Source of the DNA: Octopus vulgaris | Lineage: Eukaryota | NCBI GenBank assembly: GCA_951406725.2 | Contig: OX597825.1 | Coordinates: forward strand, 47,926,001-47,990,000 | Length of the DNA stretch: 64,000 nucleotides | Direction of reading: 5' to 3' | Part shown: positions 13,135 to 25,934 of the stretch, one piece after another | How positions within the stretch are numbered: the stretch's first letter is position 1 | How the letters are laid out: each line of letters opens with the position of its first letter | Notes under the pieces: generated by a model | Database searches by the model: none | Seen by the model: only the letters and a program-made list of their open reading frames with translations | What the model was told of the DNA's origin: nothing | Translations under genes and position numbers: made by a program

Positions 13135-13640
13135 TTTTGGTTTGGCTCAGGTTCGATTTTATTTCTCGTAGGATCTATGTGGGTAGCGGGTTACTACCTG
13201 TTAGCTTAGGTATCCACAAATTTTCAGCTGTCTTTCAAGTAGTTAGAACTCTCCTAATAATCCTTGCTGTCCCTGAGAGACAAACTTTCTAAAGGATCTG
13301 TAACGGGCATTCTATTCCAATGTCCTTCAGCCATTTGTCTATATCTTCTTCCCAACGCACTAATTATTATAGGCACGACCGTTACTGATCTCATGCTCTA
13401 AATTCTTCTTATTTCAAATTTTAAGGGATTGTATTTTTTGCTGTTGTTTTTATTCCTCTTTCTTTACGATCCTGGAATCAAACGGGCATGATGGGTCGAT
13501 AAGTAAGCAATTTCGGTTTTCTTTATCTATAATGGTTAAGTTTGGTTTATTATTTTCTAACTTCTTGTCCATTTGAATTAGAAAGTCTCACAGAATCTTA
13601 CATTTCTCCGACTCCAGTACTCTTTCTACTCAGTGAATAT
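13135..13640 (-). mobile_element. 3' fragment of another R4/Dong-type LINE subfamily
   Basis: Minus translation gives ESEKCKIL*DFLIQ..NKPNLTIIDKENRNCLLIDPSCPFD...SGTARIIRRVLTT. Flanked by ATT repeats. Confidence 0.75.
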
Positions 13641-13646
13641 TATAAC

Positions 13647-13692
<46 letters not shown>

Positions 13693-14250
13693 GAGTGAGA
13701 GAGCAGTGCATGCCATCAAAGTGACACTCGGGCAAAATATACGAAGCCCAGTATACCCATCATGACTACCCGTCTGATAAGGGTACACTAGGCACATACA
13801 TCACAACCATATGTGTGCGGCATGGTGAGCTCATATCAAAATAAACAGCACATGACCTTGTATGTGGGGCCCAGTTTGAATTTTCCTCTGGTCGAGTAAC
13901 CCATCCCGCTCAAAAGGTCCCTGAATAAGGGTTATTTAAGGATGTTGAACGAAACACTCATGTTTCCAGAGGTGAATTATTCAAACCCTAAAGAATCCCT
14001 CTCAACACATGACTATGATGCTCCCCTACTACTTCTGCTCATGATCAGAGATGCACATATCATCAGCAACTAAGGGACATGATCAACTAGTTAAGGTCAA
14101 ATAGCTGACAAACAAATCTGTAGTATTGAGCAGAATATTTGCTGTAGCCCGTCTTTTATACCAAGACAAAACAATGTACATGATAACACTTCTAATCATT
14201 TAAGATCGGAAGCCATGAGAGCCACTGTCTGGTACTGCATCAGGGCATTT
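13693..14250. mobile_element. ~560 bp non-coding insertion between (ATT)n arrays
   Basis: Complex sequence sharply bounded by ATT microsatellite on both sides, with no ORF in the track. Confidence 0.5.
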
Positions 14251-14258
14251 AATATTAC

Positions 14259-14322
<64 letters not shown>

Positions 14323-14325
<3 letters not shown>

Positions 14326-17300
14326 TAGTTTTATTTTTATAGCGTGCTTTCACTTCACTACCGAGCGCAGCTCTGTGTGCCTTGGGTATGTGCTGTGATT
14401 TGTTGTGATGCTCTGATGGTTATTGTATGGAAAGTGTTCTGCGTAGGATGTGTGCAGTGCCTAGTAGTGCAATTTTCTGTATGTTATATGTGTTTGTAAG
14501 TCCTGGTGTTTTTATTATGTATTTGTCTGAATATTTTTCTGTTTTTAGATTCCACATTCTGGTTACCTCTATTTCCAGGTCTTTGTATTTTGAAAGTTTC
14601 TCCATTTCTTTTAGAGACACGTTGTCATCTGCCGGTATTGATACATCAATTAGAAAGTGTTTTTTTTTTCCTTCATGATCTCTGACAACTATATCTGGTC
14701 TGTTGGCCTTAATTTCTCTATCTGAGTGTATCGGCATATCCCAGAATATGGTTGCTTTCTCGTTTACTGTGACCTTTTCTGGTGTGTGCCTATACCATCT
14801 TTTTCCTGTTGTTATTCCATAATGTTGGCATAGCTTCCAGTGTATGTAGGTTCCAACTCTGTCATGTCTGTGAATATATTCCTTCTTAGCCAGGACTGGG
14901 CAGCCAGAGATAATATGATTTATTGTTTCTTGTCCATCTCCACATATTCTGCAGTTACTTGTAATATTTCTTTTCATTACATGTTTTTGGTAATTTCTGG
15001 TGGGGAGGCTTTGGTCTTGTGCTGCAATTAAAAATCCCTCTGTCTCTGCTTTGAGTCCTGAGCTTCTCAACCATTGCTGGGATTTTTCTTTGTCTATTTC
15101 TTTTGCGTTTAGTTTAGTGCAGTATTTACCATGAAGGGGCTTTTCTTGCCATCGTTTTATCATGGTTCTTTGCTGTTCTTGTTTTAGTTTGGATTTCATT
15201 TGTTTTATAGCTTTTGTTGTTTCTTCATCTTCTTCTTTTTCTTCATATTTGTTAGGTGGTATGGTTTCTTGTTTGTATTTGTCAGCTTCCTTAAATACTG
15301 AGAACAGTTTTTTGTTTTGCTCGTGTTTTGCCGCTATTTGTATCAGTTTTCCTTCCTTCTGAAGTAGATATTTTTGCAGTCCTATGGTGGTTATTTTATA
15401 GTAGTTTTCCAGCTGTATAAAGTCTCTACCACCTTCTATACGTTGTGTATATAGTCTTTCTATGTCAGATTTTGGGTGATGCATCCTAGATCCTGTCATT
15501 ATTTTTCTTGTTTTCCTATCTATTTTGGTCAGTTCATTTAGTGTCCAGTTAAGGATATTGTAGCTGTAACTTATAACTGGGACGGCTATTATCTTGTTTT
15601 TAGCATTGAGCTGTTTTTAGTATTGATCTAACTCGTCTATAATATTCTTTTTTTATTTCCTCTTTCATTTGTGTGTGTTGTGTCATATCTAGTTCATGGA
15701 TTCCTAAGTATTTGTAAGTTTGGCTTTGGTCTAATTCTTTTATTTCATTGGTTTTATCTAGTGTGATGTTGCTACTCTTAACTAGTTTTCCTCTTTTCAG
15801 GGTTACTTTGGCGCATTTTTCTTATCCAAATTTCATATCTATTTCTTTGGTAAATCCATGAACTGTCTTTAATAGTGTTTCCAGCTGTTTGTCATTTGCA
15901 GCGTATAGTTTTAGGTCATCCATATATAAAAGGTGGCTGATCGTTTTGCCGTAACATTTATATCCGCATCCTGTTCTATTTAGCATATCAGATAGAGGTG
16001 ATAGTGCCAAGTAGAAAAGGAGTGGAGAGAGCGTGTCTCCCTGGAATATTCCTCTTCTAATGGGGATGGCTTTGGTTTTCATGAGTCCCTCTTTTATTTG
16101 GAGCTGTAGCACTGTTTGCCATTTATTCATAGAGTGTCCTATGAATTTTATAATTGTTGGTGCTACTTTGTTAATGGCTAGTGTTTCGAGGATCCATGTG
16201 TGGGGGGATGCTATCAAACGCCTTTTTGTAATCGATCCAGGCCATACTGAAGCCTTTCTTCTTTCTGTGGCTGTCTTCAGTTATGGCTTTATTAATCATT
16301 AGTTGATCTTTACAGCCATATGAGCATTTGCGGCATCCTTTCTGCTCTTCTGGAAACAGGTTGTTTTCGTCCAGGTGCTTGTTCAACCTTTGCGATATCA
16401 CTGCAGTAAATGCCTTGTACATTGTAGGGAGACAGGTTATTGGTCTGTAGTTTTCTGGTTTTTCTGTTTCATTTGATTTGGGAATTAAGATGGTTTTCCC
16501 CTTCGTGAGCCATTCTGGCATTGTCTCTGGCTCTTCTAGTATGTTGTTAAAGTTTTTAGCCAGCTTTTTGTGCATTCCTGTTAGATATTTCAACCAGAAG
16601 TTGGGTATCTTGTCATGTCCAGGTGCCTTCCAGTTGCTTAGTCTTTGCAGTGCCTGGGTGACCTCTTCAGTTGTTATGGGGGTCCAAAGTTGCTCAGATG
16701 CTGAGTTTGTTGTTTTAATACTCATTTTTTTTTTGGTTGTTCGTTCGCCGACCATATTTCTCTCCAGAATTCCTCCACTTCTGCCGTTAGTGCTGCAGTG
16801 ATTTCTATTTTAATTTTGCCAAGTTTTTGTTAGAACTTTTTGGGGTTGGAGTTAAACTTTTTGTTTTGTTCAAAGAAGCGCTGGCGTTTCTCGTACCGGC
16901 GGATCCTTTGTGCTTTGGCAAGGATATCTTGCTTTAGTTTTTCTTTTATCTCAGGTAAATCTTTTTCTGTGATGTTGTATTTGCGGAGTATTTTTGTTTT
17001 CTTTTTGTTGCTCAGTAGCGTTGATTGTCTACTGATTTCATTAAGAATCGACAGATCTTTTCTCATTTTTTGTATTTTGTTTTGGATGTTATTTATCCAC
17101 AGGGTTTGTTTGAGTGGTGGTACTTCCGTTTGGATGGGTTTGAGTGAGTATCCAGCTTCTTTTGTGGCTGCAGTGGCTGCTGCGTATACTAAGTCATTTA
17201 GCTCAGTGATATCGCTTTTTGTTTCAGTGGCTATTAGTTCCGTGACGGCTAGGTTTATGCTGTTTATAATTGATGTTGTTGTTTCGTCTATTTTGATTTT

Positions 17301-18435
17301 TGGGAGGTATGGTCGGTGGTCCATTTTGAGATCTGTGTTTTTCAGTTCTTTGATTATTCTACTTTTTATAGTATCATAATCATTTTTCCAAGTTTTACAT
17401 TTGTGTCACTTTTTTTCACGTTCGTATGTTTGTTTGTCGTGTTTTGGCTTGCTGTTTGTCGTGTATTATTATGCATCCTTACGGTCTGCGTTTGTTGTAT
17501 TTTGTTTACATCGTGTTTGTTGAGAATGTTACGATTGTCTTCGTGTTTTACTGTTTCAGTGTTTATATTATTGGGCATTGTTGTGTGGCTTCTATCTACA
17601 TTTTCCTGATGTATTTTTTCTTTTAGATGTTCTATTTCTATTTCTGATATATTTTTTGCGTTGAGAATGTATCTTCGTACGTTTACTAGTTTATTAGGGT
17701 TCATTGCTGTATCCAAGTCTATATTTATGTTATTTTTCTTCCATATTTTATATGTATGTGTTGTTGTGTTTTCATTTTTTGGGTAGAACACTGCTGTGAA
17801 GTAAGCGTGTAGGATAGAAATGTATTCCTCACGTGTCCATTTATGTTTTTGGGGTTTTATTTGCGGGACATGAGGAACAACATCCGGCCCATTATTTTGA
17901 CGGTCGTCATTTTCATAGGGTACCGGTCCGTTCATTTCTGTTGTCACATTGTTTTGCACGTGTAGTTTTTCGTACATTTTGTGTTGTAAGTTTAAAGTAC
18001 GTACTTCCCGATTGTTATTCTTGGGTTGAATAATATCGGTGTTATTTAATTTCTTCGTAGTTTTTTTATATATGGTGTTTGGGGTCGGGGATGATCTGGT
18101 GTTGATGGATTGTAATGTATCACGCATGTTTACATGTGTTGTGTTAGAGGTGAAGATGATATCGAGTTAAAATACATCATTTCGTTTCGAAAATAGTAAT
18201 AAATTTCAATGAGTATTACTTACTCGGATATAGTCCAGTCCTTTGTTAGTAAATTTTTGGCTCCATACGATGTCTTTGTTTTCGATGTTTGTGGATAGAT
18301 TTCGGAGCACTGTTTTATCGTTCTTAATTCTTAAACGTCCCCGGTGTTCTCTCCTTATCCGCGGTGTTCTCTCCCGTCCCCGGTGTTCTTTCCGTCCCCG
18401 GTGTTCTCTCCCGTCCCCGGTGTTCTCTCGGTGTT
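14323..18435 (-). mobile_element. Full-length R4/Dong-clade non-LTR retrotransposon (single ORF with RT and restriction-like endonuclease, disrupted) in (TAA)n
   Basis: ORF pieces from 18127 to 14420: HKWTREE N-terminal motif, NYRPITCL, WIDYKKAFDS, GIFQGDTLSP, YMDD, CRIC..ETINHIISGC, RHD, RPDIVV, IDVSIP and EKLSKY. (TAA)n lies on both sides. Confidence 0.92.
18336..18433 (-). repeat. About five copies of a 19-20 bp unit at the 5' end of the R4/Dong element
   Basis: (cgtccccggtgttctctcc)n read on the + strand. Confidence 0.9.
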
Positions 18436-18502
18436 ATCATTATTATAATTATAATTATTATTATTATTATTATGTTGTTGTTGTTGTTGTTGTTGTTATT
18501 AT

Positions 18503-18534
<32 letters not shown>

Positions 18535-18561
18535 TTGTTGTTGTTATTATTATTATTATTA

Positions 18562-18616
<55 letters not shown>

Positions 18617-18618
18617 CA

Positions 18619-18652
<34 letters not shown>

Positions 18653-18690
18653 CATCATCATCATCATTATTATTATTATTATTATTATTA

Positions 18691-18739
<49 letters not shown>

Positions 18740-18750
18740 CATTATTATTA

Positions 18751-18797
<47 letters not shown>

Positions 18798-18799
<2 letters not shown>

Positions 18800-19015
18800 G
18801 GTGGCGAGCTGGCAGAATTGTTAGCACGCCGGGCAAAATGCTATATAGTATTTCCCCCGTCGCTACGTTTTGAGTTAAAATTTCGCCGCGGTCGACTTTG
18901 CCTTTCATCTTTTCAGGGTCGATAAATCAAGTACCACTGAAACACTGGGGTCGATGTAATCGACTAGTCCTCTCCCCAAAATTTCAGGCCTTGTGTCTTT
19001 ATTTGTAAGGGTTAT
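18798..19015 (+). mobile_element. tRNA-SINE family B
   Basis: Same sequence as 11025-11246; follows a ~360 bp (ATT)n array. Confidence 0.88.
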
Positions 19016-19029
19016 TATAATAATTATTG

Positions 19030-20432
19030 TTTGATGAAAATTCTCGGCATATTTTACTGAGTATGATGGGAAGTGTCAACTGTCCACAGCCAGCAGACTA
19101 AGGTGACACTTGTTTACTGGTCATGCTTCAAGAACCCTGCGAAGGATTCTTGCAGTTCCAAGCAATACTGGGTCTTGTAGATGTTGTACTTTTACAGTTG
19201 TACCAATCTCTTTGAGGCATGTTGTAGTTGAGTGCTGATACTTCCGAGTGCGCCAATAGCTATTGGTATCACAACTCTGCTCATTGACCACAACCTTCGT
19301 ATTTTCCACTTCAAATCATCACAGTTGTTAAATTTTTGTTCTTCTTTCTCCTTGATCCTGTTGTCACCGGGATATGCTATGTCGATTATCATGCATGTTC
19401 TTTCTTTTTTACTTACCACAACAATGTCCGGTTCCCAATGTTTGGTCAGATGATCGCGACTCCTTCTGGGTTTTCTCATACCACAGCCTATTTGTTATTT
19501 GTAGGCCGTGATTTCCACAGAGCTCCCAATGAATCATTCTTGCCACAATGCCATGTCTTTTGTATTCGCGTTGTGATGATTTCGGGCATTCGCTGACGAT
19601 GTACATACCGTTTCACCCCACTCACCACACATTCTGCATTTGTCACTGTCGGTAGTGTTGTCGAATCTTCACTTCACATAATTAGTCTTTAACGCTTGTT
19701 CTTGAGCTGCGCATATAAGTGCTTCTGTCTCTATCTTCATGTCACTCCTCCTCATTCATTTCCACAGATCTTCTGTATCTATCTTGGCTTTCGTATCTCT
19801 TGCAAATTAACCGTACTTTTTCACCTTCCATAATGTTTCTGTTTTGTGTGTGTGTTTTCTTCTTTATGTTCTTTTTTTATTTACACAAGTATCAGTTTTA
19901 ATGACGCTGGACTTCTTCACATGTTTCAACACTGGTTCCACGGTACTTTTTATAAACAATCCTAAGCAGTTTTCCTCTGTGTTGATGCAATACTGGCAAT
20001 TGAACAAACCTCTCCCACCCTTTCTTCTGTGTAAGTACAGCCTATCGGTGTCAAACACAAGTACAGCCTATCGGAGTGGAAGGCTCCGTGCACTGACAAT
20101 ATTTTTCTTGTCATCGTATCCATGTTCATCACTTGTTTTTTTCTTTTACCATTTTATGATTATAGCTCCATAACGAAGTGATACTATCACCCATGTATTA
20201 ACTGCTTGGATTTTATTCCATCCGGTCAATTTTGAGCGCAACACCAATCTTAGTCTTCTGAAATATTCCATCTTCATTTGTTCTTTCATTTCCTTCTCCC
20301 TGATTTCGTTGAACTCTAATATGCCAAGGTATTTGTAGCCTTCCTTTTCAATTCATTTAATCAGTTCTCTATTTGGTAATTCTATCCCTGCTAGGGACTG
20401 GACCTTACCTCTTTTTTAGGTAGATCATTCCA
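19030..20432 (-). mobile_element. 5'-truncated R4/Dong-type LINE (same subfamily as 5846-6550)
   Basis: GYKYLGILE, RLYLHRRKGGRGL, CRMC, EPDIVV and GTARILRRVLEA, with the shared 3' UTR. Confidence 0.85.
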
Positions 20433-21540
20433 CACTGTCATATGTATTGACTTTTCTTTCTTCTTTATCTCATACCTTGTTGTCAACTGGGCATGCTATA
20501 TGTAAGATCCAGCATCGGTTAATTTCTTTCTGAATTAACACTATGTCTGGATTTCTATTTTCTATCTCATGGTCGCACTGAATCATAAAATCCCATAGGA
20601 TCTTTGCATTATCATTTTCGATGATGCCTTCGGATTTATGTTCGTACCACTCCTTTGCTCTGTCAAGTCCATACTTGTTGCAAAGTGTCCAATGTACAAT
20701 CTTTACTATATTGTCATGACGTCGCTTATATTCTTTCTAGGCTAGTGGCGTACATTTACTAGTAATATGCCATACGGTTTCACCATTTTGTCCACAAATT
20801 CTGCACTTATCACTTTCTAATGTGTAGTCTATTCTGTATTTGATGTAATTGGTTATTAACACTTGCTCTTGGGGAGCACAAATTAGGGCTTCCGTTTCCG
20901 GTTTTAAATCACTTTTAGTCATCCATAGCCATCTTATTTCTCTGTCTGTCTTATCTTCAACATCCCTATGAAATTGGTCATGCATTGTTTTCTTTACTCG
21001 CCTATTTTCAGTTTCATTTATTCTCAAGTCCTTGTACAGTGCTTTATCTTTGCAATCTTCCATCCTACACATGCCTGACTTTCTTACTTCCAATAATAGC
21101 GGTTCTGTGGCATTTTTTACATACCATGCTATGTTGTTTTCTTCTACTCTAATGCTGCGTTCGCATCCAATCAGTCCTCTTCCCCCTCTTTTCTTCGTAC
21201 ATACAGTCTTCCTGTGTCACTTTTTAGGTTGAGTATCCCATATGTAGTCAGCAACTTCCTTGTCTTTCTGTTTCAGCTGTTTAGTTCGTCTACTATCCAT
21301 GCAATTACCCCTGCTCCATATTTAAGTAGTGAAACCGCCCAGGTGTTGATAGCTTCAATCTTATTCCGTCCGTTTAATTTCGACTTAAGGATCAGTCTCA
21401 GTCTATGCAAGTACTCCACCTTAAATTTTTCTGTCATTTCTTTCTCCATCAATTTCGTTGTTTCCAATATCCCCAAGTAATTATAGCCCGTTTCTTCTAT
21501 CTGCTTCATAACCTTCCCCGACGGTATCGCTAGTCCGTCC
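20433..21540 (-). mobile_element. R4/Dong-type LINE fragment of a different subfamily, truncated at both ends
   Basis: GYNYLGILE, SKLNGRNKIEAINTWAV, LKPETEALICAPQEQ, CRICGQNGETVWHITSKC, RHDNI and NPDIV. Confidence 0.85.
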
Positions 21541-21637
<97 letters not shown>

Positions 21638-21638
<1 letters not shown>

Positions 21639-22200
21639 AGGCGGTTAGCTGGCAGGATCATTAGCACGCCGGCCAAAACGCTTGGCCGCATTTCATCCGA
21701 GTTCAAATTCCACTGCGGTCGACTTTGCTTTGATCCTTTCTGGATTGATAAAATAAATACCAGATGAGCACTGGGATCGATGAAATTGCATTAGCGCCTA
21801 CCCCGAAATGTAAGGCTTTGTGCCTTTTGTAGAAAGGATTATTATTGTTATCGTGATTATAAAGACGCCTTTCATTCTTTCGCGGTCGATAAAATAAGCA
21901 GTAGTTGAGTAATGGGATCGAAGTAATCGACTTACCCCCTCTCCCGAATTATAGCTGGCTTTGCGTCAAAATTGGAAACCATTTTCTATGGCGGCGAGTT
22001 GGCAGAACTCTTAGCATGCCAGGTGAAGAAATGCTTAACCGCATTCATCCGTCCTACGTATTGAGTTCGAATTCCGCCTTTCATCAATTCGGAGTCGCTA
22101 AATTAAGTACCAGATTACTACTAGAGTAAATGTGATCTACTAGTTCTCTCCCCACAAATTTTCAGGCCTTGTGCCTTGAGTAGAAAGGATTATTATTATC
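21638..22200 (+). mobile_element. Tandem tRNA-SINE family B copies (21638-21846, partial at 21865-21965, 21989-22200)
   Basis: Similar to 11025-11246. Confidence 0.8.
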
Positions 22201-23061
22201 ATTATGTCTTTGTTGTTGTTGTCCACGTCATCGTCGTCGTTGTCATGACCGTGTTCCTTGTGAGTTTATTCACTGCGTTGAGTGAAATCTCAGAAGGACG
22301 AGTAGAGTACTGAACACCTAATCGAAAGCTCGACACTTCGTATGTAGTCCTAGTCACAAAACTGCCTGTCTCCAAGACTGTCATGTCACAGTCTGCCTAG
22401 CTGTAAGTAGGTGTAAATAGGTGAAGTAGTTCGATATTGTAGCTATCTGGAGCACTCTGAAATTACCGAGTGTAAAATTGTATTCAATGTCAGCTGCAAT
22501 ATGTTGGTGATCTGTCAGTGGAAGTTATGCCAGATCATTTATCTCATCAGAGTAACTAGAGTAAATCACTTGTAGATCACACAGTTGCGGACCACACATT
22601 TCAATAAAGTGACATACAGACTATTCTGTGATGGACGTTAAAGTAATCAACACCTGAATGATGCATTGACTGTCTAATCTACGGTTTGTGATACATCGCA
22701 AATGATATACTGTAACTGTGATAGACAACATAATTCTGTCGTGGCTCATTATAGGCAACTGTAACAAGGCACCGTCGACTGGTTCGATCAACAAAAGAAA
22801 AAGTGTTTAGTTAAGTAATGTGGTCAATGTTGTGGTATTTTATCTTCAATGCTTGATATATTAATAATATAGAAGTCCCCCACTCCTTTAAAAAGTATAT
22901 CCTAATTAGAGCGAGAAAGAGAGGAGAAGGAGAGAGAGATGAAGAGATTTAGTAAATTATGAACAAGTTTGGAATGCCTCCAATGCATAGTGTCACCCGT
23001 GAATATTTCAGAGAATTAATAGTAAACCTATTGGGTTATTCCTGACAACTTTATCCAAAAG

Positions 23062-23314
23062 TGTATTGACTCTGACCCATCACCTTGGCTTATAAGTTAC
23101 CAACGTTGTGGTTTTCAGAGTACGCCATGTTGCATTACATTTTTAGTTCCTTGAAATTTTGGCCCCTATATTTTAGATATAAAATTATTTTTTTACTATA
23201 AAACTTTTGTTTTCTAGATATGAAATTGTGACCATGTAAATTTTAAAATGTAACTTTTTCTATTTATGGGGGGAAATGGAAAAATAAGAGTGAAAATTTA
23301 TTTTATGAGTGCAT

Positions 23315-23382
<68 letters not shown>

Positions 23383-23745
23383 AGAAAAAAGCAAGAAAAA
23401 AGCAACAAGAATGGATTAGTTGTTCAGTACAATTGTTTCATACGAAGAACAGATTTATTAAAAGCTGCAAATATTGCAGCAAATACAAGTGTCCCGTATT
23501 CATCAGCCAAAACACATATGAGTTTTCCAAACATCCTAGGGGGTGAGGCTACACTCATGAAGTATCGAAGAGAGTTCTATAAAAAGCAAAGTTAGATTGT
23601 AAGCAGACTTAAAATGTTCTCTAATGATGCACAGTTTTATAAAAGGTTTTTAAAAAAGTTTGTTAGCTTCACAGAAAAGGTAAATCCATCCATAATAATG
23701 CAGGTGTAATTTCCGGAGATATGAGCAGATATTTTATTCTCAGAG
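23062..23745 (+). repeat. ~680 bp repeat, inverted copy of 25935-26600 (Helitron 3' region)
   Basis: Near-identical reverse complement of the sequence downstream of the helicase fragment. Confidence 0.88.
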
Positions 23746-24241
23746 AAGATGAATGTATCCATAATAATGTAGATGTAATTTCCTGATATATGAGGAGAAG
23801 ATGTTGATCACACTTCTATTCGTTTCACAAAACTACTGTGTTGGAAGAAGAGATTGGCTAAATTGGCTAAAAGAAGTCGCAAAATAAGTCAGTGAAGCAG
23901 AAACCGCCCAAATAAGGACATTATGAGAGGAAGGGGGTGTAAGTACACAACCTACAAAGTTTAGTTTATTTCTGTGGTGACAGAAAATCTAGGTCAGTGT
24001 TGCAGGAATCTAAGATTTATAATTTATAAGAGAAAATTATTTTTGACCATCATACAGCTATTAACTGCCTCTCCTACAGAGTTAATGGCGGGTTAAAGAA
24101 TATAAAGAGAACAAAAGACAGTATCAAAGGGGTCAAAGGTTATCAGTAGAGGAAAATACATTAAGAAATTTAAGTGCAACACTAGAACAGGAGGTTATTT
24201 ATTTATTTATTTATTTATTATTGTTTCTATTTATACTAATT

Positions 24242-24443
24242 AGATGCAGCACGGACTTTGTCAGTGAACAGGTCGCGGATTTTAGCGACGAAAATATTTT
24301 GACAAATTAAACTTAAATGTTGAAGTGAATCGAACGGCTTTTGTGTGTTTCTTAAATGGCTTATAAACACCTTCCACGCTGCAATTGTTTTCGTTTCAGC
24401 ACACGATCTCAGATCAAATTACTTGCTATGCGAGTACATCTCC
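24242..24443 (+). mobile_element. Short repeat carrying a G3:C8 hammerhead variant (24257-24306)
   Basis: Further copies at 46777-46970 and 47034-47183. Motif: tttgtca-GTGAACA-g-gtcgc..gcgac-GAAA-atat-TT-tgacaaa. Confidence 0.65.
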
Positions 24444-24734
24444 GTAATTTATACTAATGTTTATACATTTTAAGACAGACTTTAGGTCTATACCTAGAGG
24501 TCAATTAATTTCTATATTAAAAGGTGTGAGAGTATTGCTTATTCAAAATATAGTGAAAATTATAGTGAAAATTCTTTATATTATTATTAAGGGAGTAGCA
24601 TTACTTATTAAACTTAGAATAGAATTAGGAAGTGATAGCAATTTATTTGATTTAAGTTGGGTTAATTAAATTAGATTAAATTAAATTAACGATATAGTCA
24701 ATTAAAATTTTGGCAACGTACAAATACTATTTGT

Positions 24735-25901
24735 GGATCTTTTCTATTTTGAGGCCAGTTTTTTCAAATTTTTCCTACTGAACCAAACAATTTGAAACTT
24801 CGTATACTGGTAGAATGTGTCAAAAGTAAACTTAATTGTAAACCAGAATGAAAACGGAATTGTAACTTCTAAGTTTAACGTTGTTTAATAATTAGAATTT
24901 TAACCAATGATATTCCGTCATTCGGCTTTATTTTATTTACTCCGTCTCGACCACCAATTTCGTGACGTATTTAACATCTTAAATGTAAACAAGTCAGCCA
25001 CCTTCTAATAACAATATTTAAAACTAGTTAATAAGCCACGTGTATTAAATTGAAAATGTTTCCATTCTGTATGTCTGCATGTATGTGTGTGTGTATGTAT
25101 GTGTAAGTATGTGTGTGTGTGTATGTATGTGTGTGTGTGTATGTATGTATAGCCGATTCATCGTAATCGTAATTACGATGAATTGGCCATACATACATAG
25201 ATACATACACACACACACATACATGCAGACATACATATACACATACACCGAGTAAAAAATTTCAGTTATCTCTCTCTTTCACACATTACTCTCTCTGTCT
25301 CTTCACACACACTAACAGAAGCACTTCACTTACACAACATACTGTCTCCCACACCCCATCAAACACACACACACACACACATGTACATCAATGCTTCCCC
25401 TGGACGGTAACTTCAAAGACAAACTTCCCTCGTCATAAAATCGCTTCCTCTTAGTCTCTTTCGCTCTCATTACTTATGTAAAAAAATAAAAGTTTTTTAC
25501 GGAAATCGACGGAAAACTTGTGCTACGACAAGCGAAATTTCGCCGAAATTTAATATTAAAAAAGCAAAGAGCTGGCAGAAACGTTAGCACGCCGGGCGAA
25601 ATGCGTAGCCGTATTTCGTCTGCCGTGTTTGTTTACAGTTTTCCGAACGTTAGTACGTCACAAAAGCGCTTTCTACGTCACACTAATAGAATGCAGTCAA
25701 GTTTTACACATGAAAACAAACAATCTGATTGGTTAAAATTCGCAGTTTTAATCTACGATTAAAGTCATAAAATAGATTTTTCTCAAATAAACTAGTTCCA
25801 ACCTGTGTCTTGTTTTGCTAGACTCTATCAGCATACGAAGTTTCAGATTATTTAGTTAAGTAGAAAGATCTGTGGTCCTGGCTTCAGAATAGAAAAGATC
25901 C
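24735..25901. mobile_element. Non-autonomous DNA transposon (MITE-like) with ~90 bp imperfect TIRs
   Basis: Left ggatcttttctattttgaggccag...aaacttcgtatactggtaga; right tctatcagcatacgaagtttc...ctggcttcagaatagaaaagatcc. Confidence 0.65.
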
Positions 25902-25934
25902 CTATTTGTTTCTATGTGTTCTAAAACAGGTACA

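Noticed and set aside
18243-18908. Poly-I, poly-N and poly-L ORFs
   Set aside because: Translation of the (ATT)n microsatellite plus antisense SINE sequence.
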